From Monocercomonoides exilis PA203 (taxonomy: Eukaryota; Protista; Preaxostyla): DNA of 64,000 nt. A program made the translations under genes and the position numbers. The stretch spans positions 1,550,001 through 1,614,000 of the forward strand of contig LSRY02000003.1 in NCBI GenBank assembly GCA_001643675.2. The letters are read 5' to 3'. Each line of letters begins with the position of its first letter. Position 1 is the first letter of the stretch. Under the pieces are notes generated by a model. That model did not search any database. It saw only the letters and a program-made list of their open reading frames with translations, and was not told where the DNA came from. Below are positions 11,123-23,873 of this stretch, one piece after another.

Positions 11123-12319
11123 ATGGAAATTCTAATTATTTTACGAAATTTATTTGCAACTGTATTTATAGTTTGGTTTATACTATGGATGCGCAATGCG
11201 GGGCATGTTAAAGTTATCGGAAAAGGAAGATACCCTTTCCATTTTCTAAATGGAAAAGAATCAAAATTTTTTTATTTCCCTCATTGGAAATACGGAATTT
11301 CACAAAAGTTAAATACTGCAGGAGCATATTTAGAGAATAAATCAAAAAAGCGCCCTTTGAGAGAGTTTCTTGAAGGTTTGGATGGAGGAAAATTTTCTCT
11401 TGATTGGTTTGTTGATGAAAATGCAACTAAGCTTCATGATTCCTCGCCAATAGTTGTCTTTGTACATGGAATTAATGGAGGGAGCAGCGAACCTCCTTTG
11501 CAGAAATTTGCTTTGCGATGCGTGAAAGAAATTGGATGGAGATCTGTATGTGTAATATTTCGAGGCTGCTGCGGAACAAAAATTAACACATATCGCAGTT
11601 ATCATGGTGGATACACCGAAGATTTTCATATTGCATTAAAAACAATTCAAGAGCGATATCCTTTGGCTCCGATTGCAGTCGTTGGTTATTCTTTAGGTGG
11701 TAATATGGTTGCAAAATATTTTGGTGAAAGAGAAAGTAAGACAAGACCAAAAAAGCTTTATGGACATTTGACGAATAACGAGGCAATCCCTTCTAATGTT
11801 GTATGTGCTGCTGCTGTTTGCTGCCCTTTTAATTTTATAGCTACCGATAAATACATATCAAAGAAAGATTTAATTCAAGTCGGAAAAGGAATGATAAAAT
11901 ATATCGATAACCAAGGTCCATTTTTGCAAGACACTGACATGTATCGGAATTTTTTTGCTCAAAACGATCGTTCTTCTTTTACGATTGATAATTATTTTAC
12001 GAAAAATTTCTTTGGATATGAAACAGTCTATCAAATGTACGACGAGATGTCATGCTGGCACTATTTAGACGGAATCCGCCATCCGTTTCTCTTTATTTCT
12101 ACTAAAAACGATCCGGTGTCGATTTACAAAGCGTTTCCAACAAAAGTCCTCAAGTCTGCTGGAGATTATGTTGGCGCTCTGGTTCTTCCTGGTGGAGCAC
12201 ACTTAGGAATGTTTGAAATGTTCAGTACAAAAAAGACGTTTGATGAAGAATTGCTATTGAAATATTTTTCTTATTACTTCAATTCCACAAAGACAAGACA
12301 AGAATCAAAACAGGAGTAA
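11123..12319 (+). CDS. Alpha/beta hydrolase, ABHD1/2/3-YheT family lipase/esterase
   Basis: VFVHGINGGS, nucleophile elbow GYSLGG, NDPV Asp, GGAHLG His, and an N-terminal TM helix. Start at 11123 is preferred over 11027. Confidence 0.9.
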   Translation: MEILIILRNLFATVFIVWFILWMRNAGHVKVIGKGRYPFHFLNGKESKFFYFPHWKYGISQKLNTAGAYLENKSKKRPLREFLEGLDGGKFSLDWFVDENATKLHDSSPIVVFVHGINGGSSEPPLQKFALRCVKEIGWRSVCVIFRGCCGTKINTYRSYHGGYTEDFHIALKTIQERYPLAPIAVVGYSLGGNMVAKYFGERESKTRPKKLYGHLTNNEAIPSNVVCAAAVCCPFNFIATDKYISKKDLIQVGKGMIKYIDNQGPFLQDTDMYRNFFAQNDRSSFTIDNYFTKNFFGYETVYQMYDEMSCWHYLDGIRHPFLFISTKNDPVSIYKAFPTKVLKSAGDYVGALVLPGGAHLGMFEMFSTKKTFDEELLLKYFSYYFNSTKTRQESKQE

Positions 12320-12961
12320 TATTGTTAATGATCATTATATTTTCTATGTGAAATTTTGTATTTTTATGTTTAAAGTATTTAAATTGATGCATTTCATTTT
12401 TTTTTCCCTTGAATAAACATTTCACAAACGGTCGAAAGCATTCTTTTGTTGTACTCGCGAGAAATGAAGAGCAATGAGCTAATCTGGGCACTTTTTTACA
12501 AATGAAAATCGATTTTCTCGTTCTCTTTCAAAAATACAATTATTTGTCATGAACTGAAGGAGCAATACAGGCAATATGCAATAGTATGCATTTCCGTGTT
12601 AATCAATAATTTATTGTTGCAAACAACTTTTGAGAATTTTTCAAAATACAATTATCCAACTTTTCAATAATTGTTTCGATAAAACTTCGAACCTTTTTTT
12701 TCCTAAAAAATAATAATGCCAAAGAAAAATTTAAACAATTACCTTCATTTTCGTTATATAAAAATCTAGACTTCATGAGCATAAAAAAAAAAAAAAATAT
12801 GTTTTTTAAAGTGACGAAATTTTCATCAAGATTAACTCAAAAAACAATTTTCATTTATCAGATGCAATCCAAATTGAAAATACCAATATAAAAACAAGGC
12901 TTGCATCTAAATCAAGCTTTCGCAATAATATGATTTTATTATTTATCCTGTTTTCAATATT

Positions 12962-13659
12962 ATGGGGCATAGACAAATGAGAGATCCTGAAGATAAAACT
13001 TGGCAAAGATTTACCCTTCTTGGAATAAATGTTTTTCTTTTATTAGTTGGATTAGCGGCTATTATTTTGGGGGCCGTTTACGTAAAACTTCATTCCATAT
13101 TGTGGCCTTTGATTATTGTTTGCTTTTGCTATTTATCTGTTTATTTTTAACATATTTTAATTTTTTTTTAAAAGTTTGGAATTGTTTTATTTGTATCTTC
13201 TTTGATGAGCATTATTGGATGTTTGCGTTATTTATTCGTTCCAAAATTTAACTTATGATAATTTTAGCATTTTTCAAAAGCTATTCAAAGATATCCAGCG
13301 TCTTTTATCAAATTGCTCTTTACATTTCATTTATCCTTATGTTTTGTGGAGTTATTTTGATTGTTTTGTTGGCATTTAGTAGCTGGGCAATTCTTGCTTG
13401 TTTGTAATTTTTTTAGTATTTCGCATAAAATATTTACATTTTTCTTTTGTCTTAAGTGATCGGAACAAAATTTGGATATACAGAGATCTCTTCTATTGTT
13501 GATTATAAATGCGATCCGCTTGAGATATCATGTGCAAATGAATTAACAAATAGATTTTTCAAATATCCTCGAATAGGATTGTATGTTGTAATTGGAGCTG
13601 TTGCTGCCCTTCTGATAAATGTTACATTTATATGTATGCAATTTATTTCTTCCAACTGA
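12962..13659 (+). CDS. Tetraspanin-like 4-TM protein, 4 exons
   Basis: Exons ~12962-13117, 13175-13220, 13269-13400 and 13457-13659 join in frame via GTTTG..AG introns. Four hydrophobic helices, with two Cys in the loop before TM4. Confidence 0.65.
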
Positions 13660-13750
13660 TTTATTATCTTTTTCTTTTTCTCATTATAAACTATTTGCAT
13701 TTATCTGAAAAGTTATTGTGAAAGGAAAGCATACATTCGTCAAGTTTTTG

Positions 13751-14331
13751 ATGAAATTTGTTTCGCTGCTGATGCTCCTTTTGGGAGTTTTGCTTCTAGT
13801 TTTTGGCATCAATCAATTATCTGTGACGGTTTGCAAGAATTTTTTTTGTTTGTTCTTATTTAATCTTTTTTTATCATTTTAATTTCTTCAAAGAAAAATA
13901 TAATATCTGAAAATGGATTAAAGATAGTTTGACTCATTAATTATTTCACTTGTGCTTATCATCAAGTTGTTTTGATTATTATTTATTTTTACCAAAAATT
14001 CAAAAATAAAATAAAAAATAAAATAAAAAAATAAAAAAAAATTTCTTCCCTTCTGGAAATGAAGATATTCATCATTTTCATCGCAGTTGGGGTGTTGTTT
14101 TTGCTGGCGTCTCTCTTCTCGCTTGTGGGCTCGTGCACGCAGCGAAAGAAGAAGAAATGGATTGCAATTCTCATTCTGAATGTGGTTGTGCTGTCGCTTT
14201 CTTTTCTGGTGCTTCTGGCTCCTTCGATCATGGCACTGGTGATGTCTGGCTACATCACAAAGACTATCAATGAGAACAAAGAGGTGTGTGCCAGTTTGAA
14301 AGGGATAGGAAAGAAAGGAAGGAAAGAGGAA

Positions 14332-14398
<67 letters not shown>

Positions 14399-15188
14399 AA
14401 AGGGAAAGAGGAAGCAATGGAAGAGGATGATGGAGAAATTTTGAGGGATTTGTAAGATTAATTTATCATTTTGTTTGAAGTAAATGCTATTATTATTACT
14501 ATAACTATTATTATTATTAATCTTTTGATAACTATTTGGCTTTTCTATTTTCTGTATCGTTTTCCTTCGATCAATATTTTTTTTTTCTTTTTATTTTCCA
14601 CATTTAATTTCCATTAATTTATTTATTTCCTTAATTCACCATTAATTTTAATAATACTAATAATTTTAAAAATAATTCAGTTGTTTGAGACCGTTGTCGA
14701 CTTCTTTGATTTGGCCAAAGATTATCCGCTGGATGACAAGATTAAGTTTATGACCAGCATCATCACTGGTATCCTCGGAATGGTCGCTGCTGTTGGTATG
14801 CAATTATTAGCTATTGGTGTTGCGAATAAATTTGGATGAAATTATGTTTTGTTTGATTTGTTTCTTTGCATTTTTCTTTTTGTCTGTCTTTTCTTTTTTT
14901 TCCTTATTATTTCTTTATATATAAAATTCTTAACTGTTATTTTATTTCATAATTTCACCATTTCTTCAATTCCTATTCCAATTCCAATTAATAATATTAA
15001 TATTAATATTTATATTTTTATTATTAGGCTTCACATTCAGCTTCTTCTGTCTGCTGGCAATTGCAATGGCATTCGCAAAGATGTGTCTGTTAGGCGATGA
15101 GGATCTTTCAATGAATTCGTTCGACTATCGATTCTCTACAAGACAGAGAAGAAACGACATAGAAGAACAAAAACGTTTATTGGACTAA
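13751..15188 (+). CDS. Second tetraspanin-like 4-TM protein, 4 exons
   Basis: Exons ~13751-13828, 14065-14283, 14681-14795 and 15028-15188 give MKFVSLLMLLLG...IFIIFIAVGVLFLLASLFSLVGSC...GFTFSFFCLLAIAMAF...KRLLD*. Confidence 0.6.
14335..14392. repeat. (GA)n microsatellite, intronic
   Basis: Pure GA run. Confidence 0.95.
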
Positions 15189-15699
15189 ATTATTGGACAA
15201 AATAATAATAATAATAGGAAACTAAAACAAAAGGAAAAAAAAAAATTCTTTCTTGCCTGCTTTACATTATATATTTCATTTGTTCATGTCAAAAACTATT
15301 AGAGTGTCATCTTCATTTATCGTGACGAAATTGCTTGATTTCGATGAAGCCTTATTCAAACCTTAACTTTTTTCTTCTTAACATTTTATCTCTACGCTTT
15401 TTTCTAAAAAATCGTGAGTGATGCCCAGTCTTAAAGAGACTGTTATTTAATCTTTGTTGTTTGCGAAGTTATCATTTTTGAAGAGTATTTATTTTTGGGT
15501 TGATTTTGTTGTTTTGACCTTTCAATATGATTTCGAACGTTTTGGAACATATAGCAATACACCAAATATAATTTAGTTTTTATTACAACATTTAATTAAT
15601 GATAATTTAATTTGTTTCTTCCAATTTCTAAAATGTTATGGATCAAGATCAAATTACCAATTAACTCTGAGGACTTGGCAAAAAGATCTTGCGAAGATT

Positions 15700-18600
15700 A
15701 TGATCTGTGCTTTATGGATTCATTTCTTTGCATTTGTTTTTTCCTCAGACTTAGATCCAACTCCAGTATCTACTGCAAATTGCATTGATTGCGAAAACCA
15801 GAGATTTTCTCCTTTAACAGAAGTAACACCAAATAAAAACCTTCTTAATGCGTGGAAATTATCAGAGTTTAAAAATCTCACGAGTCCTCATTTCTTTTAC
15901 CCCGAGTTATCAATCATTCTCTGCTGTTTAATTTGTTCGAACACTTCAGTTATAATGAATAATATTTTCTTTTATCAAAAGAGTTCCCCCTGCGCAATAC
16001 TTAGGGACAATGATTGTTCTTTGATCATTGAGAACAGTGACATTTTTTCAGAATTGTTAATCACACAACCACTTGTTATTTCATCTTCGTCTCTGATTTT
16101 GAAAAATATTACGTTGAAGGGTACAGAGCAATGGAGCCAACGGCAATCCTCAATTTCACAATTTACATCTCTTTCTGCTTCTGTCAAACTTATTTCTTCA
16201 ATTTTTTCTTCAATTTCTTTTTTTCAATTTTCACGTTCTTCATCGTTATTAAGCACAGGATTGGATGGAGAAGAAGCATGTGAAACTTGCTTGTTTTCAA
16301 ATGTCACTTTCAAACCTTCGAAGATTCAATATTCATTCACTCAAGAAGACTTTTCACATTTATCATCTCTTTCTTGTTGTGAATTTACACAAATTGATCA
16401 AGTGCTATGTGGTGGGATTACTCGATCTTTTAATTTTTGCAATCAGATAATTTCTGAAAATTGCACATATTCTCATTGTAAACAACCGTTTTCAGCAAAT
16501 TCAGTGATAACAAAGCAGCAGTTTCCAACAAAGTCCGCATCATTCACAGTTGATACATTTGAAGGATGTGTTGCAGATAGCTCCACCGCGTCAGATTGTG
16601 GTGGTGGTGTTTGCTTTGTAAACATTCAGAATGCAAATCTCATCATCAACTCGTGCTTGTTTCGCAAGTGCAGTTCGACGAATATGGGCGGAAGTGTATT
16701 TGTGAAGAATGCTTACAGAGTTGAAATAAGCAGCTGCAAATTTGTGAATTCTACTTGCAATAAGAATGGCGGAGGTGTATTTTGTGGGAATGAGCTTTCA
16801 ATTTTTCTGTGCCGAAATAATTTCTTTCATTCAAATCGTGCTTCAGTTGGTGGAGGATTTTGCATTGATTCCATTTCTTGCGATGTTTTGGCAAATGATT
16901 ATGAAATAGCAGAAGATGACAGAAAAGATGTTAGCATAAGTTCAATGAAGTTTGAAGACTGCTCAGCAAATGAAGGAGGAGGGATATTGTTCACTGGAGA
17001 CAGCTATGTGAATCTTCATCTTACAAATTCGACGATCATACGATGCTTGTCTGTGCACCAAGGCTCTTGCCATTTTGCAATTAATAAAAAAAACCAATAT
17101 TCTTCGATTGAGTGCTTTTTCATTGAGAATTGGTTCGACACAGGAATCTGCAGTGATTTGGTGATTGTGACCGACTCTCCAACTTCAATCAGTTTTAACA
17201 CAAAGAAATGCTTGTCTTTTTCAAAAGAAGCGCGTGCTGCTGTCTGCTCTCGTCCAACATCAAGCGGAACAACCAACAAAGAAAGCGAAGAGTTTGTGGC
17301 TGATCCCGAAGAATTGTGCGCTGTTCGTGATTTGTTGGTAACCAAAGCTACTTCTGTGCGCCATTTTGATCTGTTAAGAGGAACAGATGATGATGCATTT
17401 TGCGGCTTTGAGACACACGAGCCATGTTTGTCGATTTCAAAGGCATTGTCAACATTACAAATGTTCAACTGGCCATTGAAATTTTCATTGGAAAATGGAG
17501 TTTATTTAGAAAATTACGATGATATTGCGATATATCAAAAGGACGTTAAGATAGTCGGGGAAAGCAAGAAGCAATCTTTTGTGTGGCAGCAAGAGTTCAA
17601 AAATCAAAAAGTGAAGACATACATTCATGGAGATGGCACTAAGATGTGCTTTAGCCAAGTCTCAGTTGTTCCTGATAAGAACTGCGTTTGCCCTTTTTTG
17701 GAGTTTGAAGGGGCATCTGATCTGCAATTCGTGGACTCTGCGATAGCTGCAAAGAGCATCCATGATGATTGCTATTCATGCGCGTTGATAAAATTGGTAA
17801 ACTCGTTCTTGTCATTTGAAAATTCCACTGTGAATGGCTTTTCTTTTGATTCAGGATATTTTCTTCAGCTCATTTTAAGTGTATGAATTTTTTTTAAATA
17901 TTATTTTTACAAATGAACTGATTTTTTTAATTAATCTTATAAATCTTGTGTGCGTGTGTTTTATCATAATTTTTTCTGTTTAAATAATTCGAATTTCAGG
18001 AAAAAGTTTCAATGACTGTTACATTTATGCGCTCCAACTTCACCAATCTCAGCACAGATTCCTTTTACCCTGTCTTTATGAACTTTGCCTGTTCTTTCCC
18101 AGACCCAAACGAGTATTCTGAGTCAATGTGCTTCGTCAACTTCAAAGAGTGTTCTTTTCTCGACTGCGAAAGCAACAACTCCATGTTCGGAGGGGTGCTG
18201 ATGATGCCTCTTGCCTCGAGGATTCAGATGGTGCTGAACACTACCAATTTCGTTTCATGTGGCACTCGCGCCAAGCAAGGCAAAGGTGGAGCGATCTATT
18301 TGGACGGGCACTGGGGAAACTCAATCGACAGCTTCTTCGTATTCAATCTGTTTTTTGAGCAGAACGAGGCGGCTGTTGCCAAAAACATGTTTATAAGCAC
18401 CCGAAATCTTCAGGGCTTTGACTTGAGTCATTTTTTGTTCACGTATTCTCCTTCGATGAATGAATGGAAGGGGTCTGTGATGGTTTACGATCCGACAGCT
18501 TATTTGGCTCCGATTGACTTGATATCCTTCCTCGACATGAAACATCGCTCGCCTTATTTTGTGTCTGGAAGACAGGACAATGCCATTGACTGGGTCACTT

Positions 18601-21600
18601 GCGGGGACGAAGATACTCCCTGCAAGTCAGCCGGCTTTGTGGCGCAGAGGAACGAGAAGATGGACGAGCACCGAGAAATCATCGTGCTTGACGCTTCGTA
18701 CGAGTTTGAGCCTCTAAAAAGAATGGAGGTCACAATTCGTTCGAAAGATGCAGGCGCATCCCATCTTTCCAAGATGTATTTGGTGCCTTCGAAAAGCTAT
18801 TCATTTGAAGAGTCCAACAGAAACGATGCAACTTCAAATTCAGATGCCAATGCAAAATGGCACGTGCAGACAGATCCTCCTCTTTCCAGAGGCATGGTTG
18901 AAGGGCACAGCGTGCTCACCATTTCATCTATCAGTTTTGTGATCGGCGAGCAGCTGCAGTCAAAAGTCGAGTCTGTTTTTGCGTTTATTGAGTGTCGTTG
19001 CAACATTGTCTATTCCATCATCACTACTGAATCCCTGTTTGCTCTCCACATTCCTGTGTTTGCTGCCGAGAACAGTAACATTGAGCTCAGCGACATCAAC
19101 TTGTTTGACTCTACCATCACAAACACGCAGATGTCTGTGTTTCGAAACTGCTGTGTCGATATTGACACTTTATACGTGCACAACAACAACTTCCAAAGCT
19201 CCTCTTTCTTTTCCGTCGAAGACTTGCCTTCACCTTCTTCTTCTTCTTCACCTTCGTCTTTTCCTTCACCATTGCGTTCAAACACTCAGATGAATGGCGA
19301 TATTTCCCTCAGCAAGTGCCATTTCGACTCATCTCAAACAAACTCCCCAGTGTTTGTCATCGACTGTTCTTTGAGCTTCAAGCTTTTGATAAGCAATGTG
19401 GTGTTCCAGACCATTGGCCCTATTCCTGAAGGCCCCTCAATCATCTATCTGAAGCCGAAAGAGAAAATGCACTTTTTGAGTGAAGAGCAACCAGTTGGAA
19501 ACATCTGCATACGCATCAACAACTGCAACTTCACTGAATGCAAATCTGTCTGTTCTTATCAGGGCGGTATTATGCACCATCGCTTATCTGCTCTGTCCAA
19601 CAGCCAGCTGATGGTGAATTCGACCTCTTTCAACGGAGGAGGGATCGAGAAAGACGGCTACGGAGGCGCAATCTTCTTGGACTGCAGAGGAGGTGGGTGC
19701 GCATTCTCAATCACGGACAATCAATTTTCGCTTGTGAGGCTGAGCGAAGGGCGTTGTGTCTTTATTGTCGCTGACGATCTGAAAGAGGTTGCACATCCGA
19801 TGCGAATCCGCGTAAGACGATTGACAGCTGTGCTGAGCACTGATTTTAGAGGAGCAAAAACGGAAGATTTTGATAAAATGATGGAATTTGTGCTGTATGG
19901 AAAAGCCAATTCCACTAACGTCTGTTCAAATATGAAATTAAATGAAGCAAAAGATTTTGAAATGGAGACGCAAGATTTGCATGCGAACTACTTGAATGTT
20001 TCCAGATACCGAACAGTCTATGTGGATGGGGCAGATCCAAATGCTGAGGACTCCAAAGCATGCGGAACGGTGGGGCAGCCGTGCAAGACGTTTCTCGCCG
20101 GAGCTGGCCGATTGAGCGAAGATTTCTGTGCTTTGTGTCTGTCAAACAGCATTGAGATTCGCAGGGAGATGGTTTTGTCGTCTGTTGAGGTGCAGTCCTG
20201 CAAGAGTTTTGAAAGAGCGCAGATTCTCATTGGAGAATTTGACACAAACAGCACTGGGGCTCTTTTGAACATCTTCGGAGAAGTTCATTTTTCCACCTGT
20301 GATTTCAGGTTTAAAAACTGTGAAACGGAACATTGCTCAATATTTCTGGCAGAGAGAAATGATTTGACCGTTAACAATTGCTCATTTTCCTCGTTTTCTG
20401 AAGATTATTTGTCTTTTGCATATGTTCCTTCAAAGAAATCGCCGAGCCACAATTCATCTATTCACCCTGTTTCTATCAATGCCAGTTCAAAAGTGACAGC
20501 TGCTCTTTCGTGCAAGTTGTTTCTGATCGTCACAGGAACACTCAATATGCTGTACGTTACATGCTCCAACCTCAAATTTTATGTCCCCGCTTTTACGTTC
20601 GAGTACAACAGCCAATGCTCAATTATTCATTCTGATTTTGACTCCATTTCCCTCATCAACAGCTCACTAATCACAAAAAGCAGTGGAAAATTGCAACAAA
20701 AATTTTCCGGAAAATTTGAGCTGGTGAACTCGACATTTACGAATATCGTGTGTTCTCAAGGAGGATCTGCTGTCTTGCTCAGCATCGATCCATTTATGCC
20801 AGTCAAAATACAGAACTGCTATTTCGATGGCTGTGGAAGCAACTGCTCTTCTGTGTGTGGCTCTGTGATTTCTGTCTTGTTCTCTGGCGCTCTGATCTCA
20901 GACACCATTTTCAAGGGATACAAGAAACCCATTCCAAATGAAAGATCTTTGAATGAAATGAATGAGTCTATTGTGAATGATGTTGCAATGGATATAGAGA
21001 ATAAAGAAGAAGAAGAAGAAGATGATGATGATGTATGTGGCTGGAGAGGGGCGATGATGCATTTATCTACACTTCCTGCTCGATTAAGCAACACATCCTT
21101 CATCAACGCACCAGACGGAGCTGTTTCAATGGTATCTTCTTCACTCGCCATCGCCTCTTCCTCCTTCATCGACAATGGCGTGACTGCTGGCAAGTGGAAG
21201 GAGATCCACCACAACATCCACTGCAAAGGAAATGGCTCTGTCGAAGTGATGTCGCTTGCCCCAGACAACAGCGCCAGCAACAACCGCTCTCCGCTCTGGT
21301 TCCAAATGGAAGAATGCTCACTCATCCTCTCTCCTTCTCTGACTCCGCTGACATCGTCGTTGTTTGTGCCAGAGCTGACAAGAGTGACCTACACAGCAAA
21401 CGAGCAACTGCTGCATATGACTTTCAAAGGAACAAACTTGTTTCCCTGTGGCTTGTCGTTCATGCTTGCCACATCTGATCCGAATGACAATCCACTCAGC
21501 TTCGAATTCTCGTCGTTTGAGTCATCAAATATAGCTTATGCATCTGTTCCCATTTCACAGCTTGTGTTTTCTTCTTCTTCCTTTTCTTCTTCTTCTTCTT

Positions 21601-22331
21601 CTCCTTCTCCTTCTAATATTTCTGTATGTAATTCTTTGCCTTCTTCACATTCACTCACTTCAACTCAACTTTCTTGTGAACCAAAAAGTTCTTTGTATGT
21701 TTCATCATCATTACAATCATCATTATCATTATCACCACATTTTCCATGTATTTCCTTCATTCGCCACTTTACTTCATTTTTCTCTTTCTTTTCTTCTCTC
21801 TTCTCTTCTTTCTTCTCTTCATTCCACACCCATGCCTCTCTCTCTTCTGTCCCCATCCAATCTCTATTAGCGTGTCTTGTCTATCCCACCAGTGATTATT
21901 CTGTTAATGACACAGCCCACACACAATATGTCGTTCTCGCTGCTGAAAAGACAAAGAGCAAAAATGACATCTCAAAAGAGCAAGTTGTTCTCTTTATTTC
22001 GCTGTCAATTGGGCTGAGTGTGGTTTTGCTGGGCGTTTTGGGTGTGATTGTGTTTGTTGTGGTTAAAAGGAAGAGGAAGAGGAAGAAAGAGAGGAAGAAT
22101 AAAAGAGGTATGGATTTGTTTGACTCACAAATGAGCACTCCAATTAACTCGGGGGATTATATTCTTTACTCCTCCTCCTCTTCTTCTTCATCTTCCGCTT
22201 CCCCTTCCCCTTTCTCTTTCTCTTTCTCTTCGCCTGAGCTGAAAGTGAATCACTCAAGCAGCAGTGGCATTTTAGAAAGCCGTCCATTCAAACTGCCTTT
22301 GGATGAGCAACCTCCGAATTTTGAAGATTGA
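15700..22331 (+). CDS. Large (~2170 aa) Cys-rich beta-helix/Pmp-like type I membrane protein
   Basis: Intron 17881-17999 (GTATGA..TTCAG) joins the 728-aa and 1439-aa ORFs in frame. Signal peptide, many GGG/GGA + FxxC motifs, three CGxxxxPC motifs, and a C-terminal TM followed by KRKRKRKK. Confidence 0.85.
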
Positions 22332-22741
22332 AATGTGATATATTTTTATAATAATAAATATGTTTCTTTTTTTATGTATTTTTTATTTTTTATTTTTTAT
22401 TATTATTTTTATTTTTAATTTTGTTTTAGTTAATTTTTTGCACATTACTATAATTATTTATTTGATTTCGCACAATTTTCTGTTTTTTTTAAAAAGATGT
22501 TTGAAGTGAAATGCCAAATTTATTCATTTTGAGGTCATTATCATTGGTCTATGCAATGTGTTTTATGTCGGAGTAATTGTTAAAATGTAATTTGAGAATA
22601 GAAAATGTATTTTATTATGACTTTTTTCTGATTCATATTGATTTCTATTTTTCCGAAAAACTTCAGTTTTTTGACTGATGGGAATAAAATTAATTCCGAT
22701 GTTGGTATTCTCGATCAATCATTTTTATTTTTTAAGAATAC

Positions 22742-23582
22742 ATGGGAAGAAGTTTGTAACTCGAATTTTTATAAAAATTATTGTATTCACCTAATTTTTT
22801 ATAAAAATTATTTTTTGAATGAACGTTGAATAAAATGTTATATCAAATTGTTTTGATGTATTTGATTTAACTTCTTTTAAATAGGACCAGCACGTTGCTA
22901 TCGTTACCAGAAAAACAGACCGTTTCCAAAATCTCGTTTTAACCGTGGTGTTCCAGATCCAAAGATTAGAAACTTTGACTTAGGCAGAAAAACTGCGACC
23001 GTTGATGAATTCCCTCTTTGTGTTCATCTCGTTTCTCTCGAGAAGGAACAACTTTCAAGTGAAGCACTCGAAGCGGCACGTGTTGCTGTCAACAAATATG
23101 TCACAAAATACGGAGGAAAAGATGCTTTCCACATTCGTGTTCGTGCTCATCCGTTCCATGTTATCAGAATTAATAAGATGCTTTCATGTGCAGGCGCTGA
23201 TAGGTTTGCTAGAATCATGTTTTCATATTTCATAATTTCAAATTTTCTTATTATCCATTTCAGACTTCAAACAGGAATGAGAGGCGCATGGGGAAAGCCA
23301 TGCGGTCTTGTTGCACGTGTGGATATTGGCGATGTTATCATCTCCGTTCGTGGACCAGAAAAGTGCAAGGCTGCATTTGTTGAAGGTCTTCGTCGTGCTT
23401 CAATGAAATTCCCAGGAAGACAAAAGGTTGTTGTTTCTGACAAATGGGGATTCACAAAATACACACAAGACCAATACAGGAAACTGCGCGCATCAGGCAA
23501 AATTGTTCCTGATGGACTCAACGTTAAACTTGTGAAAGAGAATCCATACGTGATGGAGAAAGCACTTCATGCACGCAATTAA
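22742..23582 (+). CDS. RPL10: 60S ribosomal protein L10 (uL16)
   Basis: join(22742-22751, 22885-23203, 23264-23582) gives [32 protein letters not shown]...[22 protein letters not shown], 215 aa. Confidence 0.97.
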
Positions 23583-23873
23583 TTAATTAATATTTGATAA
23601 TTTTAAATATTTAAATAGAAAAACAACTTATTAGCAGTTGTTTTTGTAATAATTTTATTTCTTTTACTCGTTGCGTTTGTTTTTATGTTTGGTTGAATAA
23701 CTTTTTTAAACGAAAATAAATATTTGACTTTTCTGAACCCTTATTTTTTTGATGAGGAGAAAAATACAAGTTAGTTAATTTTTTCAAATGGAAAAGGAGA
23801 ACACTTTCGTTTGACATTGACCTTGCTTTATTTTTATCTAAAATTGCTTTATTTTCCATTGACTCTTTAGAAT

